From Patescibacteria group bacterium (lineage in GTDB: Bacteria > Patescibacteriota > JABMPQ01), in contig JBGTBM010000008.1 in assembly GCA_041749335.1 (NCBI GenBank), positions 18,462 through 82,461 of the forward strand: 64,000 nucleotides of DNA, given 5' to 3'. The position numbers were made by a program, and so were the translations under genes. Numbering within the stretch: position 1 is the first letter of the stretch; the number at the start of each line of letters is the position of its first letter. The notes below the pieces were generated by a model, which was not told where the DNA came from, ran no database searches, and was given only the letters and a program-made list of their open reading frames with translations. Positions 29,915 through 37,720 of this stretch are shown piece after piece.

Positions 29915-31528
29915 CTACATCTTTTCCGGCGCATTAACTCCGATTATTTCTAAAATATTTTGCAGGACAATTTTCGTTGCGCCCGCCAAGGCAATTCTGT
30001 TTTGATTTAATTTTTTATCGGCGCTAATTACGCGGCATTTATTATAAAAAACGTGAAACATTTTTGCTAAATCAACCGCATAATAAGGCAGGCGATGCAC
30101 TTCATATCTTAAGGCAATATCTTCAATCATCTCCGGAAACTTTATTAATTCTCTAATTAGATTAAGCTCATTTTTATCAGTAAACGCATAATCGCCCGAA
30201 TGAATTTTGTTAATTTTAACATCAGCCTTTTTTAAAATATTAGCAATCCTGGCATGTGCGTATTGCACATAATAAACCGGATTTTGCTCTGATTTTTCTT
30301 TAGCCAAATCCATATCAAAAATTAAATGCGAATCCCAATCTCGCATGATGAAAAACCAACGTACCACGTCCAAACCGACTTCATCAATTAAATCGCTCAT
30401 TATTTCATAGTTGCCTCGCCGCTTGCTCATTTTTAACTCTTTGCCATCTTTATATAATTTAACCAATTGCGTTAATATTACTTCCAACTCACCTAAACCA
30501 ATGCTTTTAACACCAATTTTCAGTCTAGAAACATAACCATGATGATCGGCGCCCATAATATCAATCAGTTTTTCATAGCCCCGATTAAATTTATTCTTAT
30601 GATATGCGATATCAGGCAGGACATACGTAGGTTCACCGCCCTTGGCGGCAGATTTTCTAATTACCCGATCCTTAGAGTCTCCAAATTTTGATGTTTTGAG
30701 CCAAACAGCGCCATCTTTGTTATAAATTAGTTTTTTCTTGGATAAAAATTCAAAAGTTTTATCAATTTCACCCAAACGATGCAGCTCATATTCGCTGAAC
30801 CAATGATCAAAAATTATTCCCATTTTTTTTACTGCCGGCTTAATTTCATCTTCTAAAATAATCCGGGCAAAATTTCTGCCGGTAGCATAATAATCCTTGC
30901 TAATTTTTTGAGGGTATTTTTCCGCTAATATTTTTATATAATCGCCTTGATAAAATTCTTCTGAATCGGGAATAAGCTTAGCAGCGGCCTGGATGGATTT
31001 ACCCAGCAATTTGACTTGAAGTCCGGCATTATTAACATAGTATTCTCGGGAAACTTTATAGCCGGCTTTTTTCATAACATTTGCCAGCACATCGCCGCCG
31101 AAACCTCCTCTGCCGTTAGCAATGGTGAGCGGTCCGGTGGGATTGGCAGAAATAAACTCCAATAAAACTTTCTTTTTTTCGCCGATATTTAGTTCGCCGT
31201 ATTTATTGGCTTGCTGCAATATTTCATTTAGGCTTTTCGCCAAATATTTTGGGCTTAAAGAAAAATTAATAAAACCCGGCCGCACCACTTTCACTTTTGA
31301 AAAAATATCCCGGCTCGCTGGCTGCTTATCAATATCAGCTTTAATCAACTCGGCAATTTCCATAGGATTTTTATTTGTCAAACCGGCTAATTGCATCGCC
31401 ACATTAGTCGAAAAATCTCCGTACTGCTTATTTTCCGGATGATCGATATTTAAATCCTTAACAAATTCAATATATTTAAGGGAAATTAATGCTTGGTTCA
31501 ATATTTCTATTATTTTTTTTCTGGCCAT
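29915..31528 (-). CDS. argS: arginyl-tRNA synthetase
   Basis: ISANPTGPLTIANGRG (HIGH-equivalent), GADHHGYVSRLK, MSKRRGN (KMSKS); 537 aa. Confidence 0.85.
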   Translation of the reverse strand: MARKKIIEILNQALISLKYIEFVKDLNIDHPENKQYGDFSTNVAMQLAGLTNKNPMEIAELIKADIDKQPASRDIFSKVKVVRPGFINFSLSPKYLAKSLNEILQQANKYGELNIGEKKKVLLEFISANPTGPLTIANGRGGFGGDVLANVMKKAGYKVSREYYVNNAGLQVKLLGKSIQAAAKLIPDSEEFYQGDYIKILAEKYPQKISKDYYATGRNFARIILEDEIKPAVKKMGIIFDHWFSEYELHRLGEIDKTFEFLSKKKLIYNKDGAVWLKTSKFGDSKDRVIRKSAAKGGEPTYVLPDIAYHKNKFNRGYEKLIDIMGADHHGYVSRLKIGVKSIGLGELEVILTQLVKLYKDGKELKMSKRRGNYEIMSDLIDEVGLDVVRWFFIMRDWDSHLIFDMDLAKEKSEQNPVYYVQYAHARIANILKKADVKINKIHSGDYAFTDKNELNLIRELIKFPEMIEDIALRYEVHRLPYYAVDLAKMFHVFYNKCRVISADKKLNQNRIALAGATKIVLQNILEIIGVNAPEKM

Positions 31529-31809
31529 TATTTTTTTCTTTTTAATAATAATTTATATCCTCCTTTGCCATTTTTCATCCACCAAGAAATTCTAGCGATA
31601 GTCCGCGACGATAAACCGGTTTCTTTTTCAATAACTTTATAAGAAATCCCTTTCCCCAACATAGTTACCGCCCTCCAACGGTTGCCAAACTCAATAATTT
31701 CTTTTTCCGTTAACAAATCGCGAAAAAATATTTTAGCTTCTTTAATATTTTTTATTTTTAAAATTGTTTTAAACAGTTCTTCGGTTTTTTTATTGTCCCA
31801 CTTTGGCAT
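31528..31809 (-). CDS. TrpR-like YerC/YecD family DNA-binding protein
   Basis: 93 aa; GISYKVIEKETGLSSRTIARIS helix-turn-helix region; overlaps the argS start by 1 nt. Confidence 0.6.
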   Translation of the reverse strand: MPKWDNKKTEELFKTILKIKNIKEAKIFFRDLLTEKEIIEFGNRWRAVTMLGKGISYKVIEKETGLSSRTIARISWWMKNGKGGYKLLLKRKK

Positions 31810-31868
31810 TTTTTAGCTTTATTTTATTAAAGCATAATATTATTTAAAATTGTTGTCAAAAAAAATCG

Positions 31869-31899
31869 GGGCTACCAGTTGGCAGTCCCGAAAAATCAA
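31869..31899 (-). terminator. terminator after the small GC-rich gene
   Basis: cggggctacc-agtt-ggcagtcccg hairpin followed by T-run on the minus strand. Confidence 0.4.
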
Positions 31900-31928
31900 C
31901 AAGAACTAAGGTTAAATAAAGTCAAAGA

Positions 31929-32183
31929 TCAATCACGATCGTATAGCCACACATCGCGGCAGTATACAGTCGTAGCCGGAGTCAGCACCCAAGTCATAAA
32001 AATAATCATCAAGATGCTGCCCACGAAGAATCCGACATAGCCCCGCCTGACTCCCCGATCACCGTAGTACCGCTCAACCCCTCCGCTATTCACAATGCGT
32101 ATGATCAAGCAGACCGTAGCAATCATGGCAGTTGCGACCATCGCGAAAATGTACACATGGACCAACATTGACCATTCATTCAT
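31929..32183 (-). CDS. small two-TM membrane protein, GC-rich (possibly foreign) gene
   Basis: 84 aa; two hydrophobic helices; strong SD AAGGAGG 7 nt upstream; local GC near 50% against about 33% in the flanks. Confidence 0.5.
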   Translation of the reverse strand: MNEWSMLVHVYIFAMVATAMIATVCLIIRIVNSGGVERYYGDRGVRRGYVGFFVGSILMIIFMTWVLTPATTVYCRDVWLYDRD

Positions 32184-32297
32184 TTTTTCCTCCTTTTCGG
32201 TTTCTAGGCTTGCAATAACTTTATCACATTTTTAATTTTTTGTCAATACTTTTTATCATTTTATAGCTTATCTGCGATATTATGCTATTATTTAAAT

Positions 32298-32753
32298 ATG
32301 AAAAAGTATGCAATTAATAAGAAAGTGAGATTTGATTATGAAATCCTGGAAAAAATCGAGGCGGGTTTAGTATTGGCGGGGACTGAAGTTAAATCAATAA
32401 GAGCTGGCAATATCAGTTTAAAAGGCTCATACGTTACCTTAAAATCATCCGGAAAAAATCCTGAAGCCTGGCTGATAAATGCTCACGTTTCTCCCTACAA
32501 ACCGGCCGGAGATCAACCCGGTTATGATCCGGAAAGATCCCGTAAATTACTGCTGAAAAAAAAGGAAATAAATTACCTAATCGGCAAGAAAAAAGAACAA
32601 GGCTTGACATTAGTGCCATTATCGGTGTATAATAGAAGATCGAAAATTAAAGTTGAAATTGGTTTGGCTCGCGGCAAAAAAAGGTACGAAAAACGAGAAG
32701 ATATCAAAAAAAGAGAAGCTAATAGAAAAATCAGGCGAGCGTTAAAAAATTAA
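32298..32753 (+). CDS. smpB: SsrA-binding protein
   Basis: MKKYAINKKVRFDYEILEKIEAGLVLAGTEVKSIRAGNISLKGSYV and a basic C-terminal tail; 151 aa. Confidence 0.9.
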   Translation: MKKYAINKKVRFDYEILEKIEAGLVLAGTEVKSIRAGNISLKGSYVTLKSSGKNPEAWLINAHVSPYKPAGDQPGYDPERSRKLLLKKKEINYLIGKKKEQGLTLVPLSVYNRRSKIKVEIGLARGKKRYEKREDIKKREANRKIRRALKN

Positions 32754-32834
32754 TAATAAATTTTTATTGTAGTTATTATCACCTCCTCTCTGACTCCCCT
32801 CCTTACCTAGGAGAGGAGGATGATTACCAGAGAG

Positions 32835-33232
32835 GGGGATGACAGGCTTCGATAGAAATTTCAAAATGTATTATTGCAAACTGAGGCGCGCGATCCTCAT
32901 AAAACCTTGCGCAAAGTTATAAGTGCAAACTTACTAACTAAGGTAAAAGACAATGTTAAAGCTTTTGCTTCTAGCATGAGTCTTTCACCGATTGCAGCAG
33001 CATAAATCCTGTTGCCATTCGCCTTTTTCCGCCTGAGGGAGAAGAGTCGGGTGTCATATTTTCAGGCTAGATATTTTCTCCCGGCCCGAGAATTTATCGA
33101 AACCATATCGGCCTAAGCCTTATAAGTTTTTGTCTATTTTATACTTATCTGGCTGACAAAATAAATAGACTACGTTTGTAGACAATTTTATATTTAAATT
33201 TCTAGACGTGGGTTCAATTCCCACCATCTCCA
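32835..33232 (+). ncRNA. ssrA: tmRNA (ssrA); CCA not encoded
   Basis: 5' GGGGAUGACAGGCUUCGAUAG matches the tmRNA 5' consensus. The 3' end has a T-arm gtggg-ttcaatt-cccac, and the acceptor strand catctcc pairs with the 5' ggggatg through a G3-U wobble (alanine identity). It lies immediately downstream of smpB. A candidate tag ORF ends ...PIAAA-stop at 33003-33005. Confidence 0.75.
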
Positions 33233-33358
33233 CTTGATATAATCAATCTCTTTGGGATTTACTTATGCAATAAAATACATGAGATTAAATGAAGATGGTG
33301 GCATAACAATCAGAAATAATTACAGCAATTTATAATGCCCAAAATTTAAAATTTTTAA

Positions 33359-33604
33359 ATGTATTATTTGTATATATTAAAATGCTCAGATAATTCGCTC
33401 TATACCGGCATTACTAAAGATTTAAAATTAAGATTTTCAAGCCACCGAAATGGCACCGGGTCAAAGTATGTTAGATCCAGACTCCCCTTCAAGCACGTTT
33501 ATACTGAAAAATTTAAAAATCAAAGCGCTGCTTTAAAAAGAGAATTTCAGATTAAGCAATGGCCTAGAAATAAAAAATTTTTGCTATTAAATATTGAGCC
33601 ATAA
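33359..33604 (+). CDS. stand-alone GIY-YIG nuclease-domain protein
   Basis: MYYLYILKCSDNSLYTGITKDLKLRFSSH is the GIY-YIG motif; 81 aa; terminator-like hairpin at 33676-33700. Confidence 0.7.
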   Translation: MYYLYILKCSDNSLYTGITKDLKLRFSSHRNGTGSKYVRSRLPFKHVYTEKFKNQSAALKREFQIKQWPRNKKFLLLNIEP

Positions 33605-33737
33605 TTATATTTGAAGGCGTTAATTAATAATGATTTTGCCAAATTTTTCAAAAATAATGTTACCTGTAATTGGAAAACCTTGACTGATAGGTTTTTTTTA
33701 ACTAAACTAATAAAGTAGAAAATTAATAAATAAAAAG

Positions 33738-34298
33738 ATTTATAATCCAAACTACAACAAAAATTATAAAAAGTATCGTACTAGGATAAACGAATATATT
33801 AGAATTCCTCAAGTAAGAGTAATCGATGAAGATGGTACTCAGCTTGGGGTTTTAGATACTAACGAAGCTAGAAGATTAGCCCAAACCAAGGGGCTCGATC
33901 TGGTTGAAGTAGCCCCTAATATCAGGCCTCCGGTATGTAAAATAATGGATTACGGAAAATACAAGTATCAGCAAGAAAAGAAAGAAAGGAAAATGAAGAA
34001 AAGCCAGAAGAAAGTAGAGGTAAAGGGGGTAAGAATTTCTTTAAGAATCAGCCAAAACGACTTGGAATTTAAAGCTAATCAAGCTGATAAATTCTTGGCG
34101 CAAGGCGATAAGGTCAGAATTGAAATTGTATTGCGAGGTAGAGAAAACGCCCATCGCGATTTAGCCAGAGAAAGACTGAATGAATTTATTAAAAAAATGA
34201 AGCACGAGGTGATTATTGAGCAAAAGCCTCAAAAAGAAAGGCTGGGGCTTGCGATGATAATATCTGAAGATAAAAAAGCAAATATTAACAAAGGATAA
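33738..34298 (+). CDS. infC: translation initiation factor IF-3 with non-AUG (probably AUU/AUA) start
   Basis: The frame opens at 33714 with no ATG/GTG/TTG before the conserved N-domain RINEYIRIPQVRVIDEDGTQLGVL...PPVCKIMDYGKYKYQ. The C-domain is VRISLRISQNDLEFKANQ.... The exact start codon is uncertain (ATT 33738 or ATA 33726). Confidence 0.75.
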   Translation: MYNPNYNKNYKKYRTRINEYIRIPQVRVIDEDGTQLGVLDTNEARRLAQTKGLDLVEVAPNIRPPVCKIMDYGKYKYQQEKKERKMKKSQKKVEVKGVRISLRISQNDLEFKANQADKFLAQGDKVRIEIVLRGRENAHRDLARERLNEFIKKMKHEVIIEQKPQKERLGLAMIISEDKKANINKG

Positions 34299-34311
34299 TT
34301 TATCAATATTT

Positions 34312-34509
34312 ATGCCAAAGTTAAAAACACATAAAGCCACAGCGAAAAGAATAAAAATTTCCGGATCTAAAAAATACTTGCGCCGAAAATCCACGCAAGA
34401 TCATTTTAATGCTCGAGACAGAGGCAAAGATACCAGAAATAAAAGGGGTTACAAAAAGGTTCACAAAACAAATATCAGCAAAATTAAAAAAGCCTTACCT
34501 TATTCATAA
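34312..34509 (+). CDS. rpmI: 50S ribosomal protein L35
   Basis: MPKLKTHKATAKRIKISGSKKYLRRKS; 65 aa. Confidence 0.9.
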   Translation: MPKLKTHKATAKRIKISGSKKYLRRKSTQDHFNARDRGKDTRNKRGYKKVHKTNISKIKKALPYS

Positions 34510-34531
34510 TTAATAATAGTAACTTGATTAT

Positions 34532-34876
34532 ATGACAAGAGTAAAACGCGGAGTCTTAGCTTCAAAAAGAAGAAAAAAGATATTGAAAAGAACCAAGGGT
34601 TATCTTTTAGGCCGCAGTAAAAAATACCGCCTAGCCAAACAGGCATATTTAAAGGCTTCGGAATATGCTTTTAGAGATCGAAAGGCTAAAAAGGGCCAGT
34701 TTAGAAAACTTTGGATTATTAGATTAAATGCCGCAGTTAGAGAGCATGGACTTTCTTATTCAAGATTTATTGAAAAATTAAAAAAAGCTAAAATTGAAAT
34801 TGATCGCAAAGTCCTGGCTGAAATTGCCGTCAATAATCCAAAAACTTTCAAAATTATCGTCGATAAAATAAAATAA
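34532..34876 (+). CDS. rplT: 50S ribosomal protein L20
   Basis: [24 protein letters not shown]...[22 protein letters not shown]; 114 aa. Confidence 0.9.
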   Translation: MTRVKRGVLASKRRKKILKRTKGYLLGRSKKYRLAKQAYLKASEYAFRDRKAKKGQFRKLWIIRLNAAVREHGLSYSRFIEKLKKAKIEIDRKVLAEIAVNNPKTFKIIVDKIK

Positions 34877-34953
34877 TATTTTATTAACAAGATCCTTCGT
34901 AATCCTATAATTACTTATTTAAGATGAAGAAGGATTTTTAATTTATAAAAGCT

Positions 34954-35907
34954 ATGACTATACAACAAATCTATGACCTCGCCATCAAATTAGGCAAACA
35001 GGCCGACCTAAGAGATAAAGGCGCAATTAATGAAAAACTGCAAAGAGAAAAGCTTAAGTTCAATAGATTAAACGCTAAAGATAAAAAATATTTTGACCTA
35101 GAGCAGCTAACCAACCCCTATTCCGATACCAGGGTTTTATTTGGAAAAATGAACGCTAAAATTAAGAGAATTTTGACCGGGATTGATATTACTTCCGGCG
35201 ATGTGCTTTTGGCTGACCGTTTATCCGAGAAAGGTAAAAAAATAGACTTAATAGTAAGCCACCACCCGCTGGGAAAAGCTCTCGCCAAACTGGATGATGT
35301 TATGGAGCTTCAAGTTGATTTATTGGAACAGCTGGGCATTCCAATAAACATTGCCGAGGGATTAATGAAAATAAGGATGAGCGAAGTATCACGGTCAGTA
35401 TCCCCGGTCAATCATAATAAATCAGTTGATGCCGCTAAAATTCTGAATATTCCCATTATGTGCACTCATACCATAGCCGATAATTTGGTATCTAAATTTA
35501 TTAATGATAAACTCAATAAAGCAAAACCAAATTATGTTTCTGATATTCTTAATATTTTAGATGAAATACCGGAATATCAAGAGGCTAAAAAAATTAACGC
35601 CGGCCCGGTTTTATTCGCCGGTTCAGCGGAAAATCGGTGCGGTAAGTTTGCTTTGACTGAAGTAACTGGCGGTACCGCTGGATCAAAAGATATTTATAAA
35701 AGATTATCAGAGCTCGGAATTGGTACTATTATTGGTATGCATATGTCGGAAGAATATAAACAAGAGGCGGAAAAAAATCATCTCAATGTTATTATCGCGG
35801 GACATATGGCTTCAGATTCTCTTGGCATGAATTTATTTTTAGACGAGCTTGAGAAAAAAGGAGTTGAAATTATTCCCTGTTCCGGACTAATCAGAATCAA
35901 AAGATAA
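34954..35907 (+). CDS. Nif3/YqfO-family dinuclear metal-centre protein
   Basis: IDLIVSHHPLGKALAKL (HHP metal-binding motif) plus a C-terminal IIAGHMASD region; 317 aa. Confidence 0.6.
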   Translation: MTIQQIYDLAIKLGKQADLRDKGAINEKLQREKLKFNRLNAKDKKYFDLEQLTNPYSDTRVLFGKMNAKIKRILTGIDITSGDVLLADRLSEKGKKIDLIVSHHPLGKALAKLDDVMELQVDLLEQLGIPINIAEGLMKIRMSEVSRSVSPVNHNKSVDAAKILNIPIMCTHTIADNLVSKFINDKLNKAKPNYVSDILNILDEIPEYQEAKKINAGPVLFAGSAENRCGKFALTEVTGGTAGSKDIYKRLSELGIGTIIGMHMSEEYKQEAEKNHLNVIIAGHMASDSLGMNLFLDELEKKGVEIIPCSGLIRIKR

Positions 35908-36318
35908 TATTAAAATTTAAAAATATTATACCTCTACGAAAACAGAGGTATTTTTAATAAAGATCAAATTATAATATTTTTTTGTTCAAGCGCCAGTCGA
36001 TAGGATGAAATTACGGTTTCTCTTCCATTTGGTATTTCAATGGTAGTCTAATATTGTGGCCCAAATCCATTTAACATAACTTTATTGCAATCAATATTAT
36101 GCTTCCAACCTCCTCTAACCTCGCAATTACACCTGATTTATTCTCCCGCACTAACAACCTGAAAAACGCAATCAATGTAGTTTTTATCAGGATTTATTCT
36201 AACTCTGTCGTCCGGCTTAAACACCTCGTCCTTCCAATATTTAAGGATTCAAGATATTATTTAAAATTTTAAGATTATATCAATAAAAAATCCGAGGGTA
36301 GATCCTCGGATGAATTTT

Positions 36319-37608
36319 TTATAATGTTCCATTTCTAATTTTGTCTAAAACCTTACGAGCATCATCTTCCGAAATTGATTTCTTTTTTCCCAAAATCTGA
36401 ATCAAGCCCTTCACTACTTGGGGAAACTCTTCTTCAGATGCTCCCACCAAAAGGGCAAAATTGGTAGCATGTAGTCTCATATGTCCTTCGGTAAAACGCT
36501 TATTGGGATCTACCAAGGCTGAAATTGCGGCATAATTTTGCGCCAACGCCGCAGCTCCCATCACCTCTCTCAGTTCCCGCGCTGTTTTTACCTTCATAAT
36601 TTCCAGCGAAATTGTCGCTATCGGATGCATAATTGCTCCACCAATGATTCCGATATCGATCGGAGCCTTAAATACTCCAATCAAATCGCCTTCAGACATT
36701 CTCCATTTAGAAATCGCCAGCTCTTTAGATTCAAGCGCGTAAGTATTGATCAATCCCATCACAGCCCGAGTATCATTGCCGGTAGCAGTAGCTATCGCAA
36801 TCAATGAATTCGCCATACCCTTATTATGAGTCACCGCTCTAAACAAATTTTGTTCTGCAAAGCGCGATGCAATTTCTATTCTACGGCCCATCATCTGATC
36901 ATATGTTTTTAATCTGATTTTACACTCCACCATTTTGAGAGTGTAATTGGTAAGAATACCCATAATCATTTCGTATCCGGTATCACTGGCGATACGCGCT
37001 CCCAAAAACTCGCAAATTGAAACTACTTTATTTGCGCCCATTGCGTCAACCGTATCAGCCGCCACATGCAATACGACACCGGTGTTTTCATCATCAATAC
37101 GATGCAAATAATTTTTCACCTCAATTGATTTTACTCCGCCGCCACGCTCAACATCCGCTTGAGCAATGTCCAAATTCGCCATAGCGATCAAATCCAGCTT
37201 ATGACTATCCAAATAAGCCTCAAATTGCTGAATCTTTTCTGGAGGAACGATTATCAAAATCTGTCCGACTGATTCGTGACTGCCAATTGATTGGGTTTCA
37301 ATGTACCCATTATGCTTTCGAAAAACACTGCCGGCTCGATTAGCTGCCGCTACCACTGATGTTTCTTCGGTCGCATAAGGTATGTAGCGGTCGGTGCCAT
37401 TAATTGGTAAACACACAATTCCTAAAGGGATTTGGAAATATCCCAAACAATTCTCAATTGCTTTCTCTCCCCATTCAACGGAAATTTGATCTCGGCGTAA
37501 CATTTCAGCATGAGCGGGCGTAATAGCGCCCATTGATGTCAATCTTACTAAACGATCGCGCCGCGATGTCAATTTACTAAATCCACTAAAGGGATGTCTG
37601 CTATTCAT
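36319..37608 (-). CDS. HMG-CoA reductase (class II-like)
   Basis: EETSVVAAANRAG, DAMGANKV and GGAIMH blocks match the HMGR fold; 429 aa; the gene is GC-enriched. Confidence 0.75.
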   Translation of the reverse strand: MNSRHPFSGFSKLTSRRDRLVRLTSMGAITPAHAEMLRRDQISVEWGEKAIENCLGYFQIPLGIVCLPINGTDRYIPYATEETSVVAAANRAGSVFRKHNGYIETQSIGSHESVGQILIIVPPEKIQQFEAYLDSHKLDLIAMANLDIAQADVERGGGVKSIEVKNYLHRIDDENTGVVLHVAADTVDAMGANKVVSICEFLGARIASDTGYEMIMGILTNYTLKMVECKIRLKTYDQMMGRRIEIASRFAEQNLFRAVTHNKGMANSLIAIATATGNDTRAVMGLINTYALESKELAISKWRMSEGDLIGVFKAPIDIGIIGGAIMHPIATISLEIMKVKTARELREVMGAAALAQNYAAISALVDPNKRFTEGHMRLHATNFALLVGASEEEFPQVVKGLIQILGKKKSISEDDARKVLDKIRNGTL

Positions 37609-37720
37609 TATTTTGTCCCTCCTTTGTCAAAGAACATTATGCTTTAAACAATAATTTCAAATAATTCAAATTTAGTCAAATAAAAAAATGTTTTTCGCCT
37701 AATTAACAATTTTTTGATTT

